Below are positions 16,428 to 25,130 of a stretch of DNA of 61,090 nt, piece by piece. Made by a program: the position numbers and the translations under genes. Within the stretch, counting starts at the first letter, position 1. Each line of letters starts with the position of its first letter. A model generated the notes under the pieces. The model was not told where the DNA came from, made no database searches, and saw only the letters and a list, made by a program, of their open reading frames with translations. This stretch comes from a virus (taxonomy: Duplodnaviria > Caudoviricetes): IMG/VR virus record IMGVR_UViG_3300025407_001003, positions 1 through 61,090 of that record. One strand, 5' to 3'.

Positions 16428-18221
16428 ATGATTAATAAAAATATCTCAACTGCAATTCTTTTTGCAGTTCTCATTGTATCGTTGTATGTTATGTTTAACA
16501 CAATAAACGGAAACAAAGAACGCGGTCCAATGCCATTTCCTTATAGTCAATTTGTTAGGGAAGTTCACGGGCATACAATCAAACGAGTTATGATCGATGA
16601 TAGGGTGATTAGAGGTGAATCAAGAGACGGAGAACAGTTTATTGTTTATACACCAAATGATCCTGCATTGATTAATGACTTACTTAATAACGATGTAGAA
16701 GTTCGAGCTCAAGAACCTCCACATAGAAGTTTATTCTTTGAAATTTTCATCAGTTGGTTCCCGATGCTTGTTTTGATCGGCGTGTGGATTTGGTTCATGC
16801 GTAAACAGAATAGAATGATGGGTAGCGGTACTAATGGAATGGGCAAGAGCAAACATAAATTGCTCAACGAAACAAGCCAAAAAATTACGTTTGCCGATGT
16901 AGCAGGATGCGATGAAGCAAAAGGAGATGTTGTAGAAATTGTAGACTTCTTAAAGGATCCAAAGAAGTTTAGTAAATTAGGTGGTAAAATACCTCGTGGT
17001 GTCTTACTAGTAGGCCCCCCAGGAACAGGTAAAACATTACTAGCAAGAGCAGTAGCAGGAGAGGCGGGTGTTTCATTCTTTAGTATCTCCGGTTCCGACT
17101 TTGTTGAAATGTTTGTCGGTGTAGGTGCAAGTCGTGTACGTGATATGTTTGTTGAAGCAAAGAAACAATCACCTTGTATTATATTTATTGACGAAATTGA
17201 TGCAATCGGTAAAGCACGTAATGGTAGCATTATGGGCAACGACGAACGTGATCAAACCCTTAACGCATTACTTGTTGAAATGGACGGATTTGAAGCATCA
17301 ACTGGCATCATTATTATTGCCGCAACTAATCGTCCCGAAATTCTTGATAAAGCATTACTTCGTCCAGGACGATTTGATAGACAAGTTACAGTAGGACTTC
17401 CAGACATTAACGGACGCGAACAAATACTTAAAGTACACACTAAAGATGTTCCATTAGCAAAAGATGTTAAGTTACATGATTTAGCACGTGGTACACCTGG
17501 ATTTAGTGGTGCAGAACTTGCAAACCTAGTCAATGAAGCAAGTATTTTAGCAAGTAAATGCGATCGTGAAGCAATTCATATGAAGCATTTTGAAAAGGCC
17601 AAGGACAAGATCCTAATGGGTGCGGAACGTAAAACTTTTGCAATGAGTGAAGATGAAAAGCGTTTAACTGCATATCATGAAGCAGGACACGCAGTAGTTG
17701 GTTACTTAACACCAGAGCATGATCCGATTTACAAAGTCAGCATCATTCCGCGGGGACGCGCATTAGGTATCACAATGTTCCTTCCAGAACGTGACTCAGT
17801 TAGTATGAGTAAGCGTAAATTAGAAGGACAGATCGCAAGTCTTTATGGAGGAAGAATTGCTGAAGAAATTATTGCAGGCGAAGATGGAATTACTACAGGT
17901 GCTAGCAATGATATTGAACGTGCAACTCTACTTGCTACTAAAATGGTAACAGAGTGGGGCATGAGCAAAAACTTACAACCTATTAAATACGTCGAGGAAG
18001 ATGGCGGATATGTAGGTGCAGGACATAGCCACTTAAAACAAGGACTAGATGAAATCAATAATCAAATTGAAAAGGAAATTGAAGAGGTTATTGAACGTAA
18101 TTACGGTCGTGCTAAGACAATCCTTAAAACTAATTGGGATAAAGTCGAAGCAATGGTTACTGCCCTAATGAAACACGAAACAATCGATGTTAAACAGATT
18201 GAGAAAATTATGAAAGGTTGA
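16428..18221 (+). CDS. ftsH: ATP-dependent zinc metalloprotease FtsH
   Basis: Two TM segments, [31 protein letters not shown]. Confidence 0.97.
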   Translation: MINKNISTAILFAVLIVSLYVMFNTINGNKERGPMPFPYSQFVREVHGHTIKRVMIDDRVIRGESRDGEQFIVYTPNDPALINDLLNNDVEVRAQEPPHRSLFFEIFISWFPMLVLIGVWIWFMRKQNRMMGSGTNGMGKSKHKLLNETSQKITFADVAGCDEAKGDVVEIVDFLKDPKKFSKLGGKIPRGVLLVGPPGTGKTLLARAVAGEAGVSFFSISGSDFVEMFVGVGASRVRDMFVEAKKQSPCIIFIDEIDAIGKARNGSIMGNDERDQTLNALLVEMDGFEASTGIIIIAATNRPEILDKALLRPGRFDRQVTVGLPDINGREQILKVHTKDVPLAKDVKLHDLARGTPGFSGAELANLVNEASILASKCDREAIHMKHFEKAKDKILMGAERKTFAMSEDEKRLTAYHEAGHAVVGYLTPEHDPIYKVSIIPRGRALGITMFLPERDSVSMSKRKLEGQIASLYGGRIAEEIIAGEDGITTGASNDIERATLLATKMVTEWGMSKNLQPIKYVEEDGGYVGAGHSHLKQGLDEINNQIEKEIEEVIERNYGRAKTILKTNWDKVEAMVTALMKHETIDVKQIEKIMKG

Positions 18222-18242
18222 CATTACATTAAATTAGTGTAT

Positions 18243-18278
18243 AATAAAGGCTTACGTAACAACTAAGCCTTTATTTTT
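18243..18278 (+). terminator. terminator hairpin after ftsH, overlapping a TTGACA...TATAAT promoter (18218-18245)
   Basis: AATAAAGGCTTA/TAAGCCTTTATT plus T-run. Confidence 0.6.
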
Positions 18279-18458
18279 ATGACAAAGAAAGAACTTGTAC
18301 GAATTCTTAATAAACTTGATGACGAGGACGAAGTTTATGTGCATGTAGCATATAACACTTACGAAATTCGACAAGTTATCAATTGGGGTGATTTTGCTGT
18401 CCTTAATGCAGGTGCAACGATCAATCCCGAACCATTTAATTTAGACGAACTTGCATAA
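18279..18458 (+). CDS. hypothetical protein (59 aa)
   Basis: MTKKELVRILNKLDDEDEV...; below track cutoff. Confidence 0.6.
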   Translation: MTKKELVRILNKLDDEDEVYVHVAYNTYEIRQVINWGDFAVLNAGATINPEPFNLDELA

Positions 18459-18462
18459 TAAG

Positions 18463-18490
18463 TTGACAAGATTTAAAAAGATAGTATACT
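18463..18490 (+). promoter_or_regulatory. sigma70-like promoter for CAGCA RNA copies 5-6
   Basis: TTGACA-N16-TATACT. Confidence 0.65.
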
Positions 18491-18508
18491 ATACATATAG
18501 TTAGATTT

Positions 18509-18564
18509 TAGGCTCAGTTCAGCAATTAACTTTTCACCATTATAGAAAAACCAAGTTGAGCCTG
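18509..18564 (+). ncRNA. CAGCA-motif RNA copy 5
   Basis: TAGGCTCA-GTT-CAGCA...TGAGCCTG. Confidence 0.75.
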
Positions 18565-18573
18565 TTAATATCA

Positions 18574-18805
18574 TAGGATGAATACAGCAAAATATAACTT
18601 TATTACTGCAACCAACTAAGGCAGTAGACGGTGGCCCGGAAGGCAAGTAGCAATACTTTCTAGAAATAGACGCTAACGGAACTGATGACTTATGGAAAGA
18701 CATATATGCGCTATTGCAGACACAAGAATAGCTAGGCTTGGGGAACTGAACCAATATACAGGGGATGGGGCCAAGCAGAAAATAAAAACTGTTCCGCTCA
18801 TCCTG
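18574..18805 (+). ncRNA. CAGCA-motif RNA copy 6 with ~200-nt multi-helix cargo
   Basis: TAGGATGA-ATA-CAGCA...TCATCCTG; TACTGC/GCAGTA, AAGTA-GCAA-TACTT, CGGAAC/GTTCCG, GCTATT/AATAGC. Confidence 0.75.
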
Positions 18806-18830
18806 CATTTAAACTTATTCGGAATTAAAA

Positions 18831-19007
18831 ATGATTACACTCGGCAACCACGTATTCACAGTTCGGTGGAGTTCAGACGGCTGGATTAGAAACGGTAATA
18901 AACAATATATTACGTTTACAAGAATTGTTCGCCCGTATGTTACAACTTACGGACTTATCTTTTTTAATCTTGCAATGATTTTAGGAATTGCGCACAATGA
19001 ACTATAA
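18831..19007 (+). CDS. hypothetical protein (58 aa)
   Basis: MITLGNHVFTVRWSSDGW...; GGA upstream; below track cutoff. Confidence 0.45.
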   Translation: MITLGNHVFTVRWSSDGWIRNGNKQYITFTRIVRPYVTTYGLIFFNLAMILGIAHNEL

Positions 19008-19296
19008 ATGGATTGGTTGGATGCAGGAAGGTAACTCCGATAAAGTGTGGGGCGTTATTACACTTATCGAAGATATTTGGCCTACTCCGGGGAAATACTG
19101 TACATTCTGGGGACGTAGAGGCAAGAAGCTTCAAACTAAAATTGTTGAAGGGTCTGATTATGAGATTCGCCGTTTAATATCCAAAAAGACGGAAAAAGGA
19201 TATGAAGGTGTGGATATGACTAAACTCAATGAAGTATATCCAGAGTTCGAAGCTGATTTAAAGAAAACAGCATTTTGGGCATCATTTAAGATATAA
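18997..19296 (+). CDS. WGR-domain-like protein
   Basis: SDKVW...FWGRRGKKLQTK...KTEKGY. Confidence 0.7.
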   Translation: MNYKWIGWMQEGNSDKVWGVITLIEDIWPTPGKYCTFWGRRGKKLQTKIVEGSDYEIRRLISKKTEKGYEGVDMTKLNEVYPEFEADLKKTAFWASFKI

Positions 19297-19297
19297 T

Positions 19298-19492
19298 ATG
19301 CGTCCTGATCCTATAAAATTTGGTTATGATGTTATGTGGTGGGTACTTTTGCCATTTGCCTTAGCTAGAGAGGCGTATGATGTGGTAGTTGACAAATATC
19401 AAAAAATCAAATATAATCGAAAAATTAAACAAATTGTAAAAGAGAATCCAGACATTGCCGAACTACGCAAACTATCAGGACAGGATAAATGA
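19298..19492 (+). CDS. hypothetical protein
   Basis: Part of tightly packed small-ORF run. Confidence 0.6.
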   Translation: MRPDPIKFGYDVMWWVLLPFALAREAYDVVVDKYQKIKYNRKIKQIVKENPDIAELRKLSGQDK

Positions 19493-19671
19493 GACGAATC
19501 GATATTTACATGTTTGCATTAACTGCTGTATACTTTATAGCAGGGATGATTAACATATTTGTTTACAAGTTTACCGATCATATAGAGTATATTCAAATGC
19601 CGTGGGTCATTCTTTTATGTTTGCCTATTTTTATTACACCGTTACGCAAGTGGATGGATAATAAAAAATGA
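19489..19671 (+). CDS. small membrane protein
   Basis: Two hydrophobic segments; ATGA overlaps. Confidence 0.6.
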   Translation: MRRIDIYMFALTAVYFIAGMINIFVYKFTDHIEYIQMPWVILLCLPIFITPLRKWMDNKK

Positions 19672-19868
19672 CGAAAGAAAACACTTGGCGAGCAATGAAG
19701 GATCTTAAACCAATCCAATCGTGGAAGTGTAGAATAGGATGGCATCGTTGGACAAATTATTCTATCGAATCTCGCGAACGAGACTATTTGCCGTCACTGT
19801 GTTATTGTGCATGTGCTGATTGCGGACTTCTTCGTGTTGAAAAACCTTATAGCAAAACAATAAAATGA
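19668..19868 (+). CDS. small Cys/His protein
   Basis: CRIGWHRW...CADCG. Confidence 0.65.
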   Translation: MTKENTWRAMKDLKPIQSWKCRIGWHRWTNYSIESRERDYLPSLCYCACADCGLLRVEKPYSKTIK

Positions 19869-20314
19869 TAAACGCAAGAAAAAACGATTATTATGATTGG
19901 GCTTATGATCTCAAGCCTGAAATTATTAAGAACTTAAATGAACTACTTGTAGCAGAAGGAACCGAGCCATTAAATGAGTTGCATGGCGGTAAATTCCTTA
20001 ATGGCAAATGGGTCTGTACTTTAGATAGTAATGATTATCGTAACTATTGGCATGTGTATCTTGAATTATTTGCCGAAGGTTTGCGAAATGACCAATTTTT
20101 GGTAACATATTTCCCACATCCTGATAATGACGAAGAGTGGGATTATTATTACAGCACAGCCGATGAATTTTGCGAGAAAAAAAGAAGTGGCTATGAGCAT
20201 AGTGATCCGCATTGGGCTAGACATTTAGTAACTGCCGTTCGTAAGATGTTAAAGGATAACGATATGATTAAGGATATTGACGGTGATACTCTTACAATTT
20301 GGTGGAGTTGGTAA
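19865..20314 (+). CDS. hypothetical protein
   Basis: 149 aa, coupled ORF. Confidence 0.7.
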   Translation: MINARKNDYYDWAYDLKPEIIKNLNELLVAEGTEPLNELHGGKFLNGKWVCTLDSNDYRNYWHVYLELFAEGLRNDQFLVTYFPHPDNDEEWDYYYSTADEFCEKKRSGYEHSDPHWARHLVTAVRKMLKDNDMIKDIDGDTLTIWWSW

Positions 20315-20553
20315 TGAGTAGAAAAGCAAAAATTAAAAATTACTTCGAAGGTATGCGAGAAGGTGTTAAACTATACGCACATTGGAAAGACGGTGTGCAG
20401 TATGTTGGAACTTGTGGTCGCACCTTAAAAGAAGCATTTGCTGACATTGATAAAATGGAGCAAGATATGATGGATGCTTTAGAAGAGAATAGAACGGTCT
20501 ATAGCGAATTAGGATATAGTCGTGTTGGCAGAGATGCAATGAGGAGAGGTTAA
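20314..20553 (+). CDS. hypothetical protein
   Basis: YAHWKDGVQYVGTCG; TAATG coupling. Confidence 0.65.
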   Translation: MSRKAKIKNYFEGMREGVKLYAHWKDGVQYVGTCGRTLKEAFADIDKMEQDMMDALEENRTVYSELGYSRVGRDAMRRG

Positions 20554-20840
20554 TGGCTAGAGGTCGTGTACAATCAGAGTTCACCGTTGAATATAATAAA
20601 AGTCATAGAATCATATTTCTTAAAGATACTGGACAGGGAAAAAAGACTATTACTAATGACGCTGACGAGGTGTATGCGTACTACAAACAGATAGATCCGT
20701 TAATTCGTATTGTATACCAAGGCACAGATGATGTTTGGATGGAAATTGTCCAACGCGAAACTTGGATGGGCAAGGGAATCGGATTTGAACCTTGGCACGG
20801 ACTTACTTGGGATGCATTAAAGCGAGATTACTCGGAATAA
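20553..20840 (+). CDS. hypothetical protein
   Basis: GGAG SD, TAATG coupling. Confidence 0.65.
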   Translation: MARGRVQSEFTVEYNKSHRIIFLKDTGQGKKTITNDADEVYAYYKQIDPLIRIVYQGTDDVWMEIVQRETWMGKGIGFEPWHGLTWDALKRDYSE

Positions 20841-21079
20841 TGACCCGGAATGAACTGATTGACTTAGTTGCTGAATATGCTATACTAATATTAGAAGCAG
20901 ACGATGCTAATCCCGATGTTGGCATGGGAATAGGTCCGCTGAGTGCCGTTTTATCAGCTGAAAAACAAGTATATCGAGAAGCAGTAAGATGGAATAGTCT
21001 TGCCGCATTAGCATTAGATTTTGAAGACATTAGATCAGAAGTTGTTAACAATGTAAATTTACAGAGGCGTATGTGGTAA
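20840..21079 (+). CDS. hypothetical protein
   Basis: TAATG coupling. Confidence 0.6.
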   Translation: MTRNELIDLVAEYAILILEADDANPDVGMGIGPLSAVLSAEKQVYREAVRWNSLAALALDFEDIRSEVVNNVNLQRRMW

Positions 21080-21342
21080 TGACTACAGCCGAACTATTAG
21101 AAAAGTATCAAAAAGAAGTCGATACCATTCCGGAAATGAGGCAACTGGTTTCTTATAAATGCGAAACTGCTGTGATAATTATTTCTAATTTTATGGCAAA
21201 AGGGTATTGCAAAAACGAAGAATTTGCTGTATTATTCGGAGACAGTATGAGACGTCTTAAGGGTTGTGCAAATCCTGCGGCAGTTAAAGATATCATTAAC
21301 GAGTGGAAAGAAACTGATGACCAAGGTATACAAAATCCGTGA
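21079..21342 (+). CDS. hypothetical protein (weak resemblance to GatB/YqeY C-terminal helix)
   Basis: FGDSMRRLKGCANPAAVKDII. Confidence 0.55.
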   Translation: MTTAELLEKYQKEVDTIPEMRQLVSYKCETAVIIISNFMAKGYCKNEEFAVLFGDSMRRLKGCANPAAVKDIINEWKETDDQGIQNP

Positions 21343-21562
21343 TCCTAAGACTGGAGAGTTTTATACCGGCGATATGTATAAAACAACACCTACTACTAAG
21401 CAAGGGCGTGTATATAATAGCATCAGCACCGTTAAAGCGTTCTTGACTCGGTTTGGATACGATCCCCGTGTAAACGTATTGCTCAACGATACCGATATGG
21501 AAATTGTTGAGTACGATCTCGTCGAAGTATCATCTACTAAACTTTCTAACTTTAAAAGATAA
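21317..21562 (+). CDS. hypothetical protein
   Basis: MTKVYKIRDPKTGEFYTG...EIVEYDL. Confidence 0.65.
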   Translation: MTKVYKIRDPKTGEFYTGDMYKTTPTTKQGRVYNSISTVKAFLTRFGYDPRVNVLLNDTDMEIVEYDLVEVSSTKLSNFKR

Positions 21563-21801
21563 TGAACAAACAAATTAAAGAACTTTATGAACAGGCTCAT
21601 ATTGAACACCGACAGGAATACTTTAGTTCCGTAGTTGATCCTACTATTAAGTCAGTGTCAGTGACCCGTCATTTTAATCCCGAAAAGTTCGCCGAGTTGA
21701 TAATCAAAGATTGTTTGGAATTAGCAGATCTATTTGAAATCGATGTAAACCAGAGTGGACTTGTTAGTTCTATAAAAAACCATTTTGGAATTGAAGAATG
21801 A
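21562..21801 (+). CDS. hypothetical protein, tandem paralog 1
   Basis: MNKQIKELYEQA...EKFAELII...HFGIEE. Confidence 0.7.
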   Translation: MNKQIKELYEQAHIEHRQEYFSSVVDPTIKSVSVTRHFNPEKFAELIIKDCLELADLFEIDVNQSGLVSSIKNHFGIEE

Positions 21802-22118
21802 ACAAACGAATTAAAGAACTTGCTGAACAAGCGTGCGAAATGAAACCATACATGGTCGCGGACCCCGAAACATTCGAGATTGTTCAGAAGATCGGTTACG
21901 ATGGTCAGCCAATGTTCCACAGAGACTTTAACCGTGAGAAGTTCGCCGAGTTGATTGTTCGGGAATGTATGTCAATGTGTGACGAAACACGAGCTAACTA
22001 TCTAAAGCATCGTAAAGCAACTATAGACTTTGATGAAAAGAATATCTTTGCTGAAGGCGAAGCGGCAAGTGACGTAATCAAGTACAAGATGAAGAAACAT
22101 TTCGGAGTTGAAGAATGA
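21798..22118 (+). CDS. hypothetical protein, tandem paralog 2
   Basis: MNKRIKELAEQA...EKFAELIV...HFGVEE. Confidence 0.7.
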   Translation: MNKRIKELAEQACEMKPYMVADPETFEIVQKIGYDGQPMFHRDFNREKFAELIVRECMSMCDETRANYLKHRKATIDFDEKNIFAEGEAASDVIKYKMKKHFGVEE

Positions 22119-22423
22119 ACGAACGAATTAAAAAACTTGCCGAACAAGCATCAGTAATTGCCCGAGGAGATAACCCCGATTTAGCAAAGTCTGTAACTGT
22201 TAATGATATACTTGGTAGAACTGATCGCAAAGTTTATGTAATTGACGATGCTACAACACAGAAATTTGCCGAGATGATTGTTTCCGCAGTATTAGACGAA
22301 GTTAACGAAAGAGCATATTATAGCGGCGATAGAGCGTGGAGTGACGACTTAGACCGCAAATGGATTGAATTAGAATTTGGATTCGGCGAACTTGCTAAGA
22401 TAAAAAATGGCAACGCTCCGTAA
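22115..22423 (+). CDS. hypothetical protein, tandem paralog 3
   Basis: MNERIKKLAEQA...QKFAEMIV...EFGFGE. Confidence 0.7.
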   Translation: MNERIKKLAEQASVIARGDNPDLAKSVTVNDILGRTDRKVYVIDDATTQKFAEMIVSAVLDEVNERAYYSGDRAWSDDLDRKWIELEFGFGELAKIKNGNAP

Positions 22424-22601
22424 ATTTGAAATTCTAAATGTTGAACTGAATCCTGGCGGTCCTGGCCCGGAACGTTTATACATTGTCAAATATCGAGCTA
22501 TAAAAAACAAGCAATGGATCGAAGGGTATTTCTATATCGTAGCAAGAAATGAAAAAGAAGCACGGCATTACGCAGAAAAACGATGGGGTGGAAAATTATG
22601 A
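22407..22601 (+). CDS. hypothetical protein
   Basis: 64 aa in small-ORF run. Confidence 0.6.
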   Translation: MATLRKFEILNVELNPGGPGPERLYIVKYRAIKNKQWIEGYFYIVARNEKEARHYAEKRWGGKL

Positions 22602-22774
22602 ACATCTCTAAGCGGTTAAACAGTATTTTAGAGATTAGACTCGAAGCGTGGAAACGAATCGAAGATAATAAAGAATTATATAAACAGTTCTGTTACTCCG
22701 ATAGTCAATTAGAACGAGACCTTATTATTTTTGAAGAAGTTTACAAAATGGGCATTGAAAAAGGAAAATTATGA
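22598..22774 (+). CDS. hypothetical protein
   Basis: ATGA overlaps on both sides. Confidence 0.6.
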   Translation: MNISKRLNSILEIRLEAWKRIEDNKELYKQFCYSDSQLERDLIIFEEVYKMGIEKGKL

Positions 22775-22956
22775 GTAACGAAGTTAAAGCATTATATTAT
22801 ACGATTTCTATTTTTGTATTCTTCGCAATCTTTATGTCTATCTATCATTACTACCCAGATGCTGCCGCAGTTCTAATCGCTGTTTTTGCTTTTATAATGA
22901 TTTTTTGTATAATGTACACAGTTGTATTTTGGGTAGGGTTAGGAGGACCGAAGTAA
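22771..22956 (+). CDS. small membrane protein
   Basis: Two hydrophobic helices. Confidence 0.6.
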   Translation: MSNEVKALYYTISIFVFFAIFMSIYHYYPDAAAVLIAVFAFIMIFCIMYTVVFWVGLGGPK

Positions 22957-23381
22957 TGACTAAGATTTATATCGACACAGAATTTAATGGGTTTCAAGGT
23001 GAACTCATTAGTATGGCATTAGTATCAGTAAACGGGCACGAATTTTACGAAGTATTAGAATGTAAGGATCCGACACCTTGGGTAGCAGAGCATGTAATGC
23101 CGTACTTAGAAAAAGAACCTGTTACTATGGATGTATTTCAAACAAAACTAATGCTGTTTTTACATTACCATAAACAAGTAACTATTGTTGCCGATTGGCC
23201 CGATGATATTAAGTATTTTTGCGAATCGTTAATTACAGGGCCCGGAGTAGCAATGAATCATCCGCCTATTTCATTTGAATTGGATCGGACTCTTTCTAGC
23301 GAAGACAGCAAAGTACCGCATAATGCGTTACACGATGCAAGAGCTATCGCTGATAATGATTTAAGTCAACAATGGGGTTGA
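22956..23381 (+). CDS. DEDDh 3'-5' exonuclease (Rv2179c/RNase AS-like)
   Basis: IYIDTEF, LISMALV, DW..D, HNALHDA; AGGAGG SD before ATG 22956. Confidence 0.85.
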   Translation: MTKIYIDTEFNGFQGELISMALVSVNGHEFYEVLECKDPTPWVAEHVMPYLEKEPVTMDVFQTKLMLFLHYHKQVTIVADWPDDIKYFCESLITGPGVAMNHPPISFELDRTLSSEDSKVPHNALHDARAIADNDLSQQWG

Positions 23382-23406
23382 CACAAACGCTAGCATAGCG
23401 TATACT
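23378..23406 (+). promoter_or_regulatory. sigma70 promoter of the vWA gene
   Basis: TTGACA-N17-TATACT. Confidence 0.8.
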
Positions 23407-23418
23407 ATGCTTATTAGT

Positions 23419-23459
23419 TAGGTTACTTACAGCAACTAATTTTTTTTAACAATAACCTG
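23419..23459 (+). promoter_or_regulatory. CAGCA-motif copy 7 in the 5' UTR of the vWA gene
   Basis: TAGGTTAC-TTA-CAGCA...TAACCTG; last G is the first G of the GGAG SD. Confidence 0.8.
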
Positions 23460-23470
23460 GAGATAATATT

Positions 23471-24874
23471 ATGACTACTTTTACTAATGCAGTTAAGGAT
23501 CAAGAGGCTCGTACTAAGAATGGTATGAAGGCACGTAAGTCTACTACCGATAAGGTTGTCGACTTGTTTTTCAAGATCGGTGCAAGCCGTGGTAAGGACA
23601 TTGTACCTGACTTTGTCGGCGCATATGTTCAAGATAAGGATTTGGCAGCTCGTGTAGCACTTTGGGCGCGTGACGCTCGTGGCGGTGCTGGTGAGCGTAA
23701 GTTGTTCCGTGACATCCTTGTTTACCTAGAGACTAGTGATCCAGACATGGCTAAGGCTATGTTACACAAGGTTCCAGAGCTTGGACGTTGGGATGACATT
23801 TTTGTGTTTAAGACTGTAGAGTTCAAGCATGCCGCATATGACATGTTAAAGACTGCACTTTTAAACGGAGATGGATTGGCAGCTAAGTGGACTCCTCGTA
23901 AGGGCGAGTTGGCAGCTGAGATCCGCAACTATTTTGGTTGGTCTCCAAAGTTTTACCGTAAGACTTTGGTTACTTTGACTAAGGTTGTTGAGACTCAAAT
24001 GTGTGCTAACGATTGGGATGAGATTAACTTTAACCATGTTCCTTCTTTGGCATCTGCGCGATACAAGAAGGCATTTAACCGTCATACTACTAAGTTTGCG
24101 GACTATGTAGCGGCGTTGGTTAAGGGAGACCCAACTGCCAAGGTTAACGCTGGTGCAGTTTACCCATATGATGTACTAAAGGGTGTAGCATACGCTCGCT
24201 TTGATAAGACTGAGAAGGATCATGTTATCGCACAATGGGAGGCTTTGCCAAACTTTGTAGGTGACGCAAACATTCTTCCAATGGTCGATGTTAGTGGTTC
24301 TATGAACACTCCAGCAGGCGGCAAGGGATCTACTACTTGTATGGATGTTGCAGTTAGCTTGGGCTTGTACCTTGCCGAGAAGAACCAAGGAAAGTTCAAG
24401 GATACCTTCCTTACTTTCTCAAGTGATCCAGAACTACTTCACCTTAAGGGTAATGTAGTTGAGAAGATGACTCAAATGGTTCGTAGCGCATGGGGCATGA
24501 GCACCAATCTACATGCAGCATTTGACGAGATCCTTAAGGTCGCAGTTAAGGGTAACGTTCCACAAGCTGAGATGCCAGAGATGGTGCTTATCCTTAGCGA
24601 CATGCAATTTAACCATTGTACTCGTTTCGACGATAGCGCAATGGAGATGATTGCACGTAAGTTTGAGCAAGCAGGATACGCTGTACCACAGGTTGTATTC
24701 TGGAACTTGAACGCTAGCGATAACGTTCCTGTTAAGGCTGATGCATCTGGTGCAGCACTTGTATCTGGTTTTAGCCCAAGCATTGTTAAGGCAGTTCTTG
24801 GTGCAGATATGAGTGAGTTTACTCCACATGGTATCATGATGAAGACCATCATGAACGATCGTTACACACTCTAA
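23471..24874 (+). CDS. DUF2828-like protein: helical N-terminus plus vWA domain (Ro60/TROVE-like architecture)
   Basis: RDARGGAGER, GRWDD, AAKWTPR; MIDAS DVSGSM, STNL, ILSDMQF, VFWNL, LVSGFSP; strongly biased codon usage. Confidence 0.85.
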   Translation: MTTFTNAVKDQEARTKNGMKARKSTTDKVVDLFFKIGASRGKDIVPDFVGAYVQDKDLAARVALWARDARGGAGERKLFRDILVYLETSDPDMAKAMLHKVPELGRWDDIFVFKTVEFKHAAYDMLKTALLNGDGLAAKWTPRKGELAAEIRNYFGWSPKFYRKTLVTLTKVVETQMCANDWDEINFNHVPSLASARYKKAFNRHTTKFADYVAALVKGDPTAKVNAGAVYPYDVLKGVAYARFDKTEKDHVIAQWEALPNFVGDANILPMVDVSGSMNTPAGGKGSTTCMDVAVSLGLYLAEKNQGKFKDTFLTFSSDPELLHLKGNVVEKMTQMVRSAWGMSTNLHAAFDEILKVAVKGNVPQAEMPEMVLILSDMQFNHCTRFDDSAMEMIARKFEQAGYAVPQVVFWNLNASDNVPVKADASGAALVSGFSPSIVKAVLGADMSEFTPHGIMMKTIMNDRYTL

Positions 24875-24888
24875 AGTGTGATAACTAT

Positions 24889-24915
24889 AAGGGCAGTCTA
24901 GTACTGCCCTTTTTT
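24889..24915 (+). terminator. Rho-independent terminator
   Basis: AAGGGCAGT-CTAGT-ACTGCCCTT plus T-run. Confidence 0.85.
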
Positions 24916-24929
24916 AATGAGGATAAGTT

Positions 24930-25130
24930 ATGGGTTGGTATTTAGTGTTATATCTTGTTGGCACATCTGATGTATTAGTAAAACCGTTTGAAAATAAAGC
25001 TGCTTGTGAAGTTTACAGACATGCTCATCAAACAGAATACAAGAAAGATAAGAATATTAAGAAATATGTATGCGAGGAAGGTGTTCCGATTGATGGTCTC
25101 GATAACCAATCATACGAAACGAGTATCTGA
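24930..25130 (+). CDS. hypothetical protein
   Basis: GAGGA SD; 66 aa. Confidence 0.65.
   Translation: MGWYLVLYLVGTSDVLVKPFENKAACEVYRHAHQTEYKKDKNIKKYVCEEGVPIDGLDNQSYETSI

Noticed and set aside
16709-18058. Antisense or alternate-frame ORFs inside ftsH (likewise inside the vWA gene, clpP and ligase)
   Set aside because: Fully nested in well-supported genes; explained by codon bias.
18682-18796. Hammerhead ribozyme (CTGATGA core)
   Set aside because: No stem II followed directly by GAAA, and no NUH cleavage triplet before the stem I partner.
7985-23459. CRISPR array or MITE from the repeated TAGG...CAGCA...CCTG motif
   Set aside because: Copies are dispersed, not regularly spaced; the stems covary rather than repeat; no target-site duplications or cas genes.
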